A DNA stretch of 64,000 bases, from the IMG/VR virus record IMGVR_UViG_3300042508_000910. The stretch is one strand, 5' to 3'. The notes beneath the pieces are model-generated. The model saw only the letters and a list, made by a program, of their open reading frames with translations. It ran no database searches and was not told the DNA's origin. Made by a program: the position numbers and the translations under genes. Below, piece by piece: positions 1-9,633 of this stretch. Position 1 is the stretch's first letter, and each line of letters opens with the position of its first letter. The DNA is from a virus.

Positions 1-7
1 TTGGAAA

Positions 8-826
8 ATGTATAAAAGATACTATGATATTGATGTTGATGCAAAAGCTTACGCAAACAATATTGTAAAAGCTGGCGGAAGAATACCGTCTGATATAGGT
101 AGTGTTAGTGATTTTATAAGAAGATTAAAGCAAAACAATCTTTGGGCTTCTTTTGGCGAAGGTTGGTTAATGAGATCAACCCAAAATATTGGAACAGGCA
201 CAAGCGTTATACCTTTAAAAGACTACAATAATCGCGCTACAATGATAAGTGGTCCAACATGGAGTCCAGCAGGTATAGTATTTGATGGAGTTGATGATTA
301 TATTATATGTAATGCTACAGAAAATTGGAAAAAACTTGTTGCCCAAAAAAGCATAAGTGCATTTTGTGTTGGAACCTGCCCAACTTCTGGGGGGAGAGGC
401 GGAATGTTGCTATGTAGTATTACTCAATATACTTTTCTTTGGCTGACTCCAAGAACAGATTTTGGTGGAGAATTTAGATATGGTTCAAATACTACAGGAT
501 CTTACTCGAACACAAGTGATAACACAACTACTGGATTTAATGTGTGGACAAGCACTGGCGGAGTAGGTAAAAGAACAATAGGTTATCGGAATGGCGCATC
601 TATAGCAAGTAATGGTGCAGCATCTGCAGGAGACACAACTATTAGTTACGAACAACTGCCAAACAACAATCAGGGTGGATCTTTAACTATTGGTAGAGCT
701 GCTGGTGGATATCAAGGTACATATTCTCATTGCCTCATCTTTACTGATTATCTTTCATCAACAGATGTAACCACAGTTTATAACATAATTAAAAGCACAA
801 TCGGAAAGGGTTTAAATTTACCATGA
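8..826 (+). CDS. Paralog 1 of tandem array; putative LamG/concanavalin-like virion or receptor-binding protein
   Basis: Shares N-terminal block (YxxDxD..Y..RI...G...PxDI.SV.DF...LK...W..R..QN.G.G) and C-terminal KSTxGKGLxLP with next four ORFs; FDGVDDYI is LamG-like. Confidence 0.55.
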   Translation: MYKRYYDIDVDAKAYANNIVKAGGRIPSDIGSVSDFIRRLKQNNLWASFGEGWLMRSTQNIGTGTSVIPLKDYNNRATMISGPTWSPAGIVFDGVDDYIICNATENWKKLVAQKSISAFCVGTCPTSGGRGGMLLCSITQYTFLWLTPRTDFGGEFRYGSNTTGSYSNTSDNTTTGFNVWTSTGGVGKRTIGYRNGASIASNGAASAGDTTISYEQLPNNNQGGSLTIGRAAGGYQGTYSHCLIFTDYLSSTDVTTVYNIIKSTIGKGLNLP

Positions 827-1620
827 GATTTTACGATCTTGATATTGATGTTAAAAACTACGCTAAAAGAATAATAGATGGTGGTAATCCAATACCTTCT
901 GATATTGAAGCGGTTAGTGACTTCGTTAAAGGTTTAAAAGCTTATAATATATACTATAGTTTAATTGATGCTTGGTTTTTGCGTAAAGCGCAAAATGCAG
1001 GTCAAGGAACAACAGTTTATGGTTTCAAAAAATATAATGGAATAATAGTAAATGGTGGGATTTGGCAATCTGATGGTATAGAATGCGATGTAGCTTTTAG
1101 TAGATATATTGATGTTAGATTACAGCCTAATACAGTAAATACAATTTGCGCTTTTTCTGTAGGAAGAAGTTTTGCTCCTATGCCAAATTTTACAAATGGA
1201 TATCCACATCACTTAGCGTTAAGCTCTACTAGTTATGTAAACGGACAATATGCAATATATTCAAATGGCAATAATGGCAATTCTTGGACAATTGCAGATA
1301 GTGCGACTCTTAATATGACTTCTACTTATACTCGTATGCTTAGAGGTTTATTTCAAACTGGCAGACATTCAATTAATATTAATTCTGGAGCTACTGCTAC
1401 TGTAACTAGTCCCGCTCCCCAAACTCCTTTATTTTATGATAGAATAATCTTTGGTGGAAGATGGTTTAATGCTAATACAATTCAAGCTTCTGGAGGAAGT
1501 TTTGGCGTTGGCTTTCATGGTACTCATACTGCTGAATTTCTTTTTGATAGCGAAATAGATAATGTAATCTTCTATAATCTATTTAAATCTACTGTTGGAA
1601 GAGGACTTGTTTTACCATGA
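823..1620 (+). CDS. Paralog 2 of tandem lectin-like array
   Basis: Same conserved termini; ATGA overlap with previous gene. Confidence 0.55.
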   Translation: MRFYDLDIDVKNYAKRIIDGGNPIPSDIEAVSDFVKGLKAYNIYYSLIDAWFLRKAQNAGQGTTVYGFKKYNGIIVNGGIWQSDGIECDVAFSRYIDVRLQPNTVNTICAFSVGRSFAPMPNFTNGYPHHLALSSTSYVNGQYAIYSNGNNGNSWTIADSATLNMTSTYTRMLRGLFQTGRHSININSGATATVTSPAPQTPLFYDRIIFGGRWFNANTIQASGGSFGVGFHGTHTAEFLFDSEIDNVIFYNLFKSTVGRGLVLP

Positions 1621-2447
1621 AGTATTATAAATTAGATAAGGACGTGAAACAATACCTAAAAAGAATGGCCGCAGATGGCATAAAAACTCCAGCAGATATT
1701 TATTCTGTGAATGATTTTGTTGTTGGATTAAAGGATTTGAATTTATATAGTGGATTAATTGATTTATGGTTTACAAGAAGTCTTCAAAATGCTGGTGTTT
1801 TCACAAAGCTTTACGCATTTAAATCTTCGTATTATGATGCAATTATAACTTCTGATGGATCGCCTACTTGGACGGCAAATGGCATAAGAACTTCTGTTAC
1901 TGCTGGTTTTTCAGCTCCATCAATTTGGATACCTAATGGTGCAGATTTATTAGCAAGATATCCTGTAACAAGTTTTTGCGTTTTTAATTGCTATAATACT
2001 TCTTGGAGTAGCAACTACTATTGGATGTACGGAAATGCTTACAGCAGTCAAACAGACAATCAAAATAATGGCGGATGGTTTAGGGCAGCGGTTGGTGTTG
2101 ACGTTTTGAATCAAATGCGAGGACAGACTTTAACTAGCGCAACCACATTCTCTCATGGAATTTTTCAGTTAAATGGTAACACAACCATTAATCAAGCTTC
2201 TAATAATTCTAGAAATTATAGAAATGGTAGCCTTAGTTCAACGCAAACCGCTTTTGGCCCTATTTTACCACGTCCTACAAACGCAAGCGGAGGAAAATCT
2301 TATCAAATTGGTGGATCTTTTGGAACAGTTGCAAATGGTACAATATCTTTCCACTCAGTTTTTGAAAATGATTTCTCGACAACAGATCATCTTAATTTTT
2401 ATAATCTTTATAAAGTTACAGCAGGTAAAGGATTAGGTTTACCATGA
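1617..2447 (+). CDS. Paralog 3 of tandem lectin-like array
   Basis: Same conserved termini (YNLYKVTAGKGLGLP); ATGA overlap. Confidence 0.55.
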   Translation: MKYYKLDKDVKQYLKRMAADGIKTPADIYSVNDFVVGLKDLNLYSGLIDLWFTRSLQNAGVFTKLYAFKSSYYDAIITSDGSPTWTANGIRTSVTAGFSAPSIWIPNGADLLARYPVTSFCVFNCYNTSWSSNYYWMYGNAYSSQTDNQNNGGWFRAAVGVDVLNQMRGQTLTSATTFSHGIFQLNGNTTINQASNNSRNYRNGSLSSTQTAFGPILPRPTNASGGKSYQIGGSFGTVANGTISFHSVFENDFSTTDHLNFYNLYKVTAGKGLGLP

Positions 2448-3262
2448 AATACTATCAACTAGATAATGATACAAAAAAATATATAAAGCGCCTCAGTTAT
2501 AACGGCTATAAAACTCCTGCAGATATTTATTCTATTGATCAGTTTATTAGAGGATTAAAAGATCTTGGAGTATGGGGAAATTTTGTTGACGCTTGGTTTA
2601 TGAGAAACAATCAAAATGTTGGAACAGGGTCTAGTGTTTTTTCTTTTAGAAATTCAACTTATAATGCAACTCTTGTTAATTCTCCTACTTGGCATTCTAA
2701 TGGTATTAATTTTACAACATCACAGTACGCATTTAGTCTTATCAATAATTTAGATCAAGATGTAACTTTAGTTTTTGTGGGGGCAGGAAACGGCGGGACA
2801 GCAATTGTTTTTGGCCAAATTTTTGGTATTCAAAATAATAATGGAATCATCGGAAATGGAGAAATAAGAATTCAAAATTTTACTGGAAATAGTACTCAAA
2901 TATCTCTTGCTCATAGAAATTCAGCTCATACCTCAGATCGAAGTTCTGGAACTATAACTAATCCATTTAATAATAGTTTAGGTTATACGATGCTTGCTGG
3001 TAGCGCAAAAATTAATACAATATTAAATATAAGAAATTTAAATGCAGGGACTTCTAATTCAAGCACTTCTGCTGGATTAGGCATAGCTACTCTTAATAGA
3101 ATGCAAGTAAATGGCAGGTTCAATGACGGAAATCCCGTTCAACTTGGCGCCAATATTACATCTTCGCTATGCATGATATTTTCGCCTCAAATAGATTTTG
3201 CCACAACTTCTATTTATAATTTATATAAATCTACTGCAGGAAAAGGATTAGGACTAACATGA
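2444..3262 (+). CDS. Paralog 4 of tandem lectin-like array
   Basis: Same conserved termini (YNATLVNSPTW; YNLYKSTAGKGLGLT); ATGA overlap. Confidence 0.55.
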   Translation: MKYYQLDNDTKKYIKRLSYNGYKTPADIYSIDQFIRGLKDLGVWGNFVDAWFMRNNQNVGTGSSVFSFRNSTYNATLVNSPTWHSNGINFTTSQYAFSLINNLDQDVTLVFVGAGNGGTAIVFGQIFGIQNNNGIIGNGEIRIQNFTGNSTQISLAHRNSAHTSDRSSGTITNPFNNSLGYTMLAGSAKINTILNIRNLNAGTSNSSTSAGLGIATLNRMQVNGRFNDGNPVQLGANITSSLCMIFSPQIDFATTSIYNLYKSTAGKGLGLT

Positions 3263-4065
3263 TAACCAACAAAACATATGGAATAGATAATGATGTATTA
3301 GCTTATAATGCTAGAATAATTTCGGCTGGCTTTCAAGGATTATCTACTCAGAGTCTTCGCGAAATAAATCAACTTGTAATTGGACTAAAAAAACTAAAAG
3401 TCTGGGAATTTCTTGGTGAAGGTTGGCTTTGTAGAAACGTGCATAATGTTGGAAGTGGGGATACATTGTATTCTTTAAAAGGAAATTTTAATGCTACTCT
3501 AGTTGGAAGCCCAGATTGGACAACTAAAGGACTAGTCTATCCATCTGGAAATTTAAGATATTCACAGACTTCCTCTTCTTTTATTCCTAATACTGAATTT
3601 ACATTAATTATGGATTATAAATCTTTAGATTCTGGTCTTACAAGAGTATATTCTGAATTTTCAAGAAATACATTATCAGCAAAAAATTTAGATTTTTATA
3701 AGGGAAACGTTGGGACACAATATGTTATAAGAAATGTAACAGATGGTTTAACTAGTACTAGTTTATCTACCACTGGAGATACTGGGATTTTTAGAATTTT
3801 AGCTTGGGGATATAATAATGACACTTCTACTGCTAGAGTTATGAGCGAAGATAGGATAACAGATAGCTCTGCTAGTCTTAGCATAAATAATAAAGACACA
3901 GGAACATTTAGACCTAGATCAGCTGGTGCATTCGGAAGCACAGGTTCAGATGGAATTCAGTCTTGTTGTTTTTGGTTTAATAAATTACTTTCTCAAACAG
4001 AAATGCTTGCGATTAAAAATCTGCTAAGATCAACGGTAGCTCAACAAGGCAGTTTAGAGTTTTAA
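3259..4065 (+). CDS. Paralog 5 (most diverged) of tandem lectin-like array
   Basis: GEGWLCRNVHNVGSG and FNATLVGSPDW match the other paralogs; ATGA overlap. Confidence 0.5.
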   Translation: MITNKTYGIDNDVLAYNARIISAGFQGLSTQSLREINQLVIGLKKLKVWEFLGEGWLCRNVHNVGSGDTLYSLKGNFNATLVGSPDWTTKGLVYPSGNLRYSQTSSSFIPNTEFTLIMDYKSLDSGLTRVYSEFSRNTLSAKNLDFYKGNVGTQYVIRNVTDGLTSTSLSTTGDTGIFRILAWGYNNDTSTARVMSEDRITDSSASLSINNKDTGTFRPRSAGAFGSTGSDGIQSCCFWFNKLLSQTEMLAIKNLLRSTVAQQGSLEF

Positions 4066-4067
4066 AA

Positions 4068-4073
4068 GTGTAA
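4068..4073 (+). promoter_or_regulatory. GTGTAA putative late promoter
   Basis: AGTGTAATTT 9 nt upstream of ATG 4083; motif recurs before structural genes. Confidence 0.6.
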
Positions 4074-4082
4074 TTTCTATAT

Positions 4083-4610
4083 ATGTTATTAAATAATCCA
4101 ATCTTCATTAATCAAACAGATGCAGATAATAGGTACGTTAACACAACTGGCGATACAATTAATGGTAATATAAATGCATTAGGTAATTATTATGTAAAAG
4201 TAGCTAGACTCTCAGATCAAACAATACCACAAGATACAGATACAATTATTCAATTTTCTAGAATAACAGATCCTAATAATTGGTATAATACAGGAAGTTA
4301 TAGAATAAGCCCTACTATATCTGGTAATTATTGCGTCAATCTTATGGTGTCATGGAAGCAGGGGTCAGCTGCTAGAAATATTCAAACTAACGTTCAAATA
4401 AGAAAAGCTGGCAATACATTTGCTATTAATCAAACTCCAGTAGAGTCTGGATTAAATTTTTCAGTTTATGCATGTGGTATAACAACTTTAAATGGAACAA
4501 CTGGAGATTATATTGAGGCGACTGCGTATTCAGCAAATCCAACAAGTCAAAATCTTGTTGGTGAAGCAGTTGGCACTTGGACTAAGATGGAATTATTTAA
4601 ACTAAATTAA
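4083..4610 (+). CDS. Short fibre/decoration protein with C1q-like C-terminal domain
   Basis: DNRYVNTTGDTING fibre motif, then C1q-like pattern (IIQF..ITD..NWYN....RI.PTISGNY.V; GDYIE). Confidence 0.5.
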   Translation: MLLNNPIFINQTDADNRYVNTTGDTINGNINALGNYYVKVARLSDQTIPQDTDTIIQFSRITDPNNWYNTGSYRISPTISGNYCVNLMVSWKQGSAARNIQTNVQIRKAGNTFAINQTPVESGLNFSVYACGITTLNGTTGDYIEATAYSANPTSQNLVGEAVGTWTKMELFKLN

Positions 4611-4641
4611 CCCCAAATTTGACTATAATATATATTATATA

Positions 4642-4647
4642 GTGTAA
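4642..4647 (+). promoter_or_regulatory. GTGTAA putative late promoter
   Basis: AGTGTAATTT 11 nt upstream of ATG 4659; TTGACT also present at 4619-4624. Confidence 0.6.
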
Positions 4648-4658
4648 TTTAATATACT

Positions 4659-5171
4659 ATGACTACTAAAATTGTGGATATTGCTGATGAGCTATTTCGT
4701 GAGCTTGGCGAACCTGATGATATAAGCATACCTTCTATTGCTTTCTGGCTAAGAACCAATATTGGGTCTTTGAATGTGCTTTTAAATAAGCCATATACTA
4801 TTGATTTATCTACTCTTGAAGTTGAAGATACATCAACAGATCCATTTGGTATAAATGAGAAGACAATTTTTAAGAAATTGTATACAATACATTACTATGA
4901 CCGTCAATTAAGAAAGACTCTTGTTAGTGTTTCATTAGATAGTGTCGTTAGTATTTCAGACGAAGGTAGTTCTGTTACCAAAGTAAATAAGAATGAATTA
5001 AGTAAAACATTTTCTAGCATCAAAAAACAAGAGATGGCCGAACTCTCTGATATGCTTAAAGCTTATTCAATTAACGAGATCACTCCATTACAGGTCGCAG
5101 GAGACGACACAATTCCTGGTCTTTCTACAGAAGGAGATCAGTCAATCAATATTTACAATAGGTCAAGATAA
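4659..5171 (+). CDS. Putative head-tail adaptor/neck protein
   Basis: Size, helical character and position at the start of the neck-tail cluster; function from synteny only. Confidence 0.4.
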   Translation: MTTKIVDIADELFRELGEPDDISIPSIAFWLRTNIGSLNVLLNKPYTIDLSTLEVEDTSTDPFGINEKTIFKKLYTIHYYDRQLRKTLVSVSLDSVVSISDEGSSVTKVNKNELSKTFSSIKKQEMAELSDMLKAYSINEITPLQVAGDDTIPGLSTEGDQSINIYNRSR

Positions 5172-5614
5172 TGCCAAGTCTACTTTCAGATGTAGAAATC
5201 TCAAATGCGACAGGAGTCATGGGTGACCTTTTCGACACTTTTTCTCGTCCAATAGTAATTTATAAAGAGCCAAAAAAAATCATTAATCAAGTATCTACAA
5301 ATAGTCTTCCTGGATATGGTGAAGCCGCAATTAAAACTAATATAACCTATATTCCTGTCAGCGGAACTTTCGAAGCTAAAGTAAAATATAATCCAAAGCA
5401 AGAACTTGAATTATTACCAGAATTGAAGAGTAGAGTTAGTAAAGGTATTGTAAAAATTAGAGTAGAACGACCTGCTAGAGATTTTATAGTTCAAAATGGT
5501 AAAACTGAAAAGATAATGATAGATAATAAACCTTTTAATGTTATTACTGATGATACAATGAAAAGATTTCTTACATCAGAATATTTTGTATTTTTCCTTG
5601 AGGCTGCCTCATAA
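5171..5614 (+). CDS. Putative head-closure (stopper) protein
   Basis: 147-aa beta-rich protein ending IDNKPFNV...YFVFFLE; synteny. Confidence 0.4.
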   Translation: MPSLLSDVEISNATGVMGDLFDTFSRPIVIYKEPKKIINQVSTNSLPGYGEAAIKTNITYIPVSGTFEAKVKYNPKQELELLPELKSRVSKGIVKIRVERPARDFIVQNGKTEKIMIDNKPFNVITDDTMKRFLTSEYFVFFLEAAS

Positions 5615-6231
5615 TGAAAGTTAAAATAAATCAAGCCAAAATTAATCAAGCTCTATTAAAAAATCCTAAGATGATTAAATTTATTAGAGATGAGATTTAC
5701 AGTTTAGCAGAGGAATATGCTGAGAAAAATAAACAAGAAATGCTTAATGAATTTGATAATCATCCAGTAACAAAAGAGATTGAAAACGGACCAGACGCTT
5801 CAAATATATCAAATACTCTTGCAGGAGATGGTAATCTTTTTAGTTATATTGGATTTAATGAAGGAGATAATCCTACAGAAGTTGTTAGAGATATTTTGAA
5901 TAATTCTGTTAAAGTTGATAGCCGCGCAAAAATTAGTGCTGATTCAAAAGGTTTAAAAATTAATTTCCCTATATCTGCTCCAACGCTTTCTGAAATAGAA
6001 TCTCAAACTCCTATGCCTTTTGAGGGCGGAAGAAGTTGGGTTCGTGGAATAGAAAAAGGTATTTCTGGATTTAGTAACTATATATTTAGAAAGTTTATAC
6101 AAGGTAGCAGATCTGGGACTGGAATACAAACAGAATCAGAAGTACGTACAGGCTCTTTCAAGCCAACCTCATATATGAAACAAATTTTAAATAAATTTTA
6201 TTTAAAAATTAATGCTAAAATTAACGCATGA
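5614..6231 (+). CDS. Putative tail completion/neck protein (HK97 gp10-like position)
   Basis: Synteny; C-terminal G.FKPTSYM pattern. Confidence 0.35.
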   Translation: MKVKINQAKINQALLKNPKMIKFIRDEIYSLAEEYAEKNKQEMLNEFDNHPVTKEIENGPDASNISNTLAGDGNLFSYIGFNEGDNPTEVVRDILNNSVKVDSRAKISADSKGLKINFPISAPTLSEIESQTPMPFEGGRSWVRGIEKGISGFSNYIFRKFIQGSRSGTGIQTESEVRTGSFKPTSYMKQILNKFYLKINAKINA

Positions 6232-7082
6232 AACCACAATTTGAAAATATATTAATGAGTAGTATGATACTTTGGTTTGACCATACTTTGGTAACAAAAG
6301 GCGAAGCATTTTCTAATCATGTTAGTGAATTCTATCCTATTACAAATATCTATAATGGATATTATAGTTATGGAGCCCCATTTAGAAATCTAATTAGAGA
6401 CGAATCTATAACTGGAGCTAATATTATTAGTGGAGTTTATTTAAATAATACATTTATTACAACTGGAGTAAGTGGACTTGTAGCTATAAATGCAGATCAG
6501 GGTCAATTATATTTTAATGTAGATCAATCATCTCATACGATAAGTGGTAATTATGCCGTTAAAGATTATGGCATATATTTAACCAATGAAAATGAAGAAA
6601 AGATATTATTTGAAACAAAATTTAATTTAAATCCAAAAACAATAGAGAATCCTACAGGATTGCCTATAAATGCTCAAACTTATCCAGCAATATATCTCAA
6701 AAATAATGGTGGTAATAATGATCCCTTAGCATTTGGAGGTCTGGACACAACCAATATTAATGTACGAGCTATAGTTATATCAGACTCTATATTTAGTATG
6801 GATGCTGTTACAAGCATATTTAAAGACGTAGTAAGAACATATGTGCCTATTGTTCAACCAGAGGAGATGCCATTCAACAGCTTAAATGGGTTAAAATCTG
6901 GCTATAATTATAATATTTTAACTAGTGGCAGAGCAGGTTCTACTAATAGTGCTTATATAAAAAATGTATATGTTAGCAAAAATGTAGTTAATAGGAGTCA
7001 ATATCAGGATCTTAACCCAGAGGCTATATCCTCATTTATTGATTTTGAGCTTGAAGTATATAGATATCCAAGATCTAGTTAA
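6228..7082 (+). CDS. Putative tail terminator
   Basis: Immediately upstream of the tail tube gene; YPAIYL and terminal IDFELEVYRYP typical of terminators. Confidence 0.4.
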   Translation: MKPQFENILMSSMILWFDHTLVTKGEAFSNHVSEFYPITNIYNGYYSYGAPFRNLIRDESITGANIISGVYLNNTFITTGVSGLVAINADQGQLYFNVDQSSHTISGNYAVKDYGIYLTNENEEKILFETKFNLNPKTIENPTGLPINAQTYPAIYLKNNGGNNDPLAFGGLDTTNINVRAIVISDSIFSMDAVTSIFKDVVRTYVPIVQPEEMPFNSLNGLKSGYNYNILTSGRAGSTNSAYIKNVYVSKNVVNRSQYQDLNPEAISSFIDFELEVYRYPRSS

Positions 7083-7111
7083 AAAATATACCAGAAAAAG
7101 AATAAAAACAG

Positions 7112-7117
7112 GTGTAA
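7112..7117 (+). promoter_or_regulatory. GTGTAA putative late promoter with downstream AGGAG ribosome binding site
   Basis: GGTGTAATAAAGGTAAATATAGGAG upstream of ATG 7145. Confidence 0.6.
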
Positions 7118-7144
7118 TAAAGGTAAATATAGGAGAATTTTAAT

Positions 7145-8245
7145 ATGGCAAGAAATAGAGTAATTTATCAATCCGAAGCCCTTTACGCAGGACCAAGTCC
7201 AGCAACAGGCAATCACTTTTCCGCAGGAAATGTTGGCACAAATAATGTTAATCAATTACAACGTGTACAAACCTGCAATTATAGTTTCAACATTGCTCGC
7301 ACAGATGTTAATCAATTTGGTGAGCTAGCAGCTATTGATCGAGTAATTCTAGAATCACCAACCGTTTCTCTAGACTTTAGTTATATCCTAGGCAGTCTTG
7401 TAAACGAAGACGTTCTAGGTTTTGCACCTCTTGATTCATTTGATGTAACATGTATTTCTGGAATTTTGAATAAAACTCAAGACGAAAGAAATTATTTTAT
7501 TCGTACAACCGCAGAGGGTGCAGATGCTAAAGGCGTAGGTAGTGGCGTAGCAAATCAAAATGTTATCGGTATCGGAAATGGATTTATCACATCTTATTCT
7601 ACTGAAGCTTCTGTTGGTAATTTCCCAACAGTAACAGTTAATGTAGAGGGATTAAACATGCAGTTCGATGCTGGAGTTACTGGAAATCATATCCCAGCAG
7701 TTATCCCTACAGATGGAAGTAAAATAACAGGCAAGCTATATGCACTTCCAAATTATGTAAGTGATATTGGAAGTACCACTGTTGGTGCATTAAGTGCTCT
7801 TCGCCCAGGCGATATTACCTTTGATCTTGGTCAAGTTCAAGGTGGAGTTACTATTGCTGATGCAAAAATCCAAAGCTATACACTTAGCTTTGATCTTGCT
7901 CGTGAACCACTCCAAAAATTAGGCAGTAAATTCGCATTTGCAAGAGAAATTACATTCCCAGTTACAGTAAATCTAAGCATTGATGCTCAAGTTGGTGATC
8001 TAACAACTGGAAGTTTGGCCGATATTATCACTAATGATCTAGATTATGATTTACAAATCAATCTTAAACATCCAGTATCTGGCACAAATCAAGTATCCTA
8101 TAGACTAGAAAAAGCTAAATTAGACAGCCAAGAATTCTCTAGTTCTATCGGTGCTAATAAGTCTGTAACTCTAAACTTCTCCTCACAAATTGGTGGTCCT
8201 GGTCAAACTGATCGTGGACTCTTCATGAGTGGAGTTAAAGATTAA
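7145..8245 (+). CDS. Major tail (tube) protein with duplicated tube domain
   Basis: Strong RBS, own terminator, upstream of chaperones and tape measure gene; internal repeat VQTCNYSFNIARTDVNQFG / IQSYTLSFDLAREPLQKLG. Confidence 0.7.
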   Translation: MARNRVIYQSEALYAGPSPATGNHFSAGNVGTNNVNQLQRVQTCNYSFNIARTDVNQFGELAAIDRVILESPTVSLDFSYILGSLVNEDVLGFAPLDSFDVTCISGILNKTQDERNYFIRTTAEGADAKGVGSGVANQNVIGIGNGFITSYSTEASVGNFPTVTVNVEGLNMQFDAGVTGNHIPAVIPTDGSKITGKLYALPNYVSDIGSTTVGALSALRPGDITFDLGQVQGGVTIADAKIQSYTLSFDLAREPLQKLGSKFAFAREITFPVTVNLSIDAQVGDLTTGSLADIITNDLDYDLQINLKHPVSGTNQVSYRLEKAKLDSQEFSSSIGANKSVTLNFSSQIGGPGQTDRGLFMSGVKD

Positions 8246-8270
8246 TTAATAAATAATATTAATAATAAAG

Positions 8271-8306
8271 TACCCCGCTAGGTTAAACTTAGCGGGGTAT
8301 TTTTTT
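8271..8306 (+). terminator. Rho-independent terminator
   Basis: TACCCCGCTA...TAGCGGGGTA stem followed by T7. Confidence 0.9.
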
Positions 8307-8307
8307 G

Positions 8308-8313
8308 GTGTAA
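8308..8313 (+). promoter_or_regulatory. GTGTAA putative late promoter directly after the terminator
   Basis: GGTGTAATAC then AAGGTAAAAGG upstream of ATG 8341. Confidence 0.6.
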
Positions 8314-8340
8314 TACATTGTAAGGTAAAAGGTAAAATTT

Positions 8341-8574
8341 ATGGAAAAAGGTGATCCTAAAATCAAGGAATATGTGCTATTCCAATTTCGTAGAAAAATA
8401 ACTAATTTATACAAACAATTCTTATTTATTCTTGAAGATGTAAGTAATTCTAAATATAATATATCTGATGAATCTTATCAGAAATATCGCAAACGCATAC
8501 TTGATGCAGGAAACGATACTATTCGTGAACTAGAGGAAGATTTAGCCAAACTTGAATTAAAATTAAAAGAATGA
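8341..8574 (+). CDS. Hypothetical protein
   Basis: ORF with promoter motif and RBS-like AAGG; helical. Confidence 0.6.
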   Translation: MEKGDPKIKEYVLFQFRRKITNLYKQFLFILEDVSNSKYNISDESYQKYRKRILDAGNDTIRELEEDLAKLELKLKE

Positions 8575-8831
8575 AAAAACTTTACTTTAAATACTCAGAA
8601 GAGTCTATCATAAAGAATAATCTTGAATTACAATCTATTCAAAGATCTTTAAAAGATTATGGAGTATTAAAGCCAACGTTTGAGGTCGTCACAAGTTCTA
8701 ATTTTTTAACTAAAAATTATGATAACTGGACAAAGGAAAAACAAAATAATTTTATCTTTCTTTTGGGTGGAAGAGTTCATCTAAAGAAAGTAAAAAAGTA
8801 TATAGAATCAATTGAAAGGAACAAGGAATAA
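8571..8831 (+). CDS. Hypothetical protein
   Basis: ATGA-coupled ORF within the operon. Confidence 0.55.
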   Translation: MKKLYFKYSEESIIKNNLELQSIQRSLKDYGVLKPTFEVVTSSNFLTKNYDNWTKEKQNNFIFLLGGRVHLKKVKKYIESIERNKE

Positions 8832-9628
8832 TGAAAAAACTATTTGAATTTATGGTACCAAAAGAGGTTGAAGTCGAAGAAGTAGAGGCTTCAAAAAATG
8901 AAAAAGGTGAAGAAATTAAAGTAACCAAAAAGGTCTCCAAAAGAGAACAAACAAAGGTATTTCTTCGTAAACCAACTCGCGCACTTTTCGATGAAGCAGA
9001 GTTGTTCTATGGTGTTCGTTTATCAGAAGGCATTAAAGCTGGTCTCTTAACCCGCGCTCTTCTTGCTAAAAGATTCACTAATGATGGTGGAGTACTTAGC
9101 GAAGAGGAAAAGAATCTTTATGCTAATCTTTATGTAGCACTTTTTGAAAAACAAAATGAATTTCAAAAGTTGAGTATTAAAGATGAATCAGAGAGAACAG
9201 ATAACGAGAAGAGTAGATATAGAGAAGTTATTGCAGAACTCGCAGAACTAAGAACTCAGATTCAAGATTTTGAAACAGCTCAAGCTAGTTTGTTTGATCA
9301 AACAGCAGAGAACCGCGCAAGAAATAAAACAATCTTGTGGTGGGTACTTCAGCTATCTTATATCGTTGATGATAAAGGTAATGAAACTCCATTCTTTGGT
9401 GGAGGTGATTTTGAAAGTAAATTAAGAATCTACGACACCATGGAAGAGAATGGTACAGAATTTGAAAATCTTGTGTGCCGTAAACTTGCTTATTTTGTTA
9501 GCTTCTGGTATGTTGGCAGAGCATCTTCTCAGGAAGAATTCGAAAGACTTGCTGCAATATCTTCTGAAGAAAGTACTGTTGAAAAAGTACTAAAAGAGAA
9601 TCCAGCAGAAGCAAAACAAGAAAAATAA
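8831..9628 (+). CDS. Putative tail assembly chaperone
   Basis: Acidic, helical, VFLRKPTR motif; lies between tube and tape measure genes. Confidence 0.5.
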   Translation: MKKLFEFMVPKEVEVEEVEASKNEKGEEIKVTKKVSKREQTKVFLRKPTRALFDEAELFYGVRLSEGIKAGLLTRALLAKRFTNDGGVLSEEEKNLYANLYVALFEKQNEFQKLSIKDESERTDNEKSRYREVIAELAELRTQIQDFETAQASLFDQTAENRARNKTILWWVLQLSYIVDDKGNETPFFGGGDFESKLRIYDTMEENGTEFENLVCRKLAYFVSFWYVGRASSQEEFERLAAISSEESTVEKVLKENPAEAKQEK

Positions 9629-9633
9629 AATGA

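Noticed and set aside
8-4065. Diversity-generating retroelement acting on the paralog array
   Set aside because: No reverse transcriptase and no near-identical template/variable repeat pair with adenine-specific differences seen in the window
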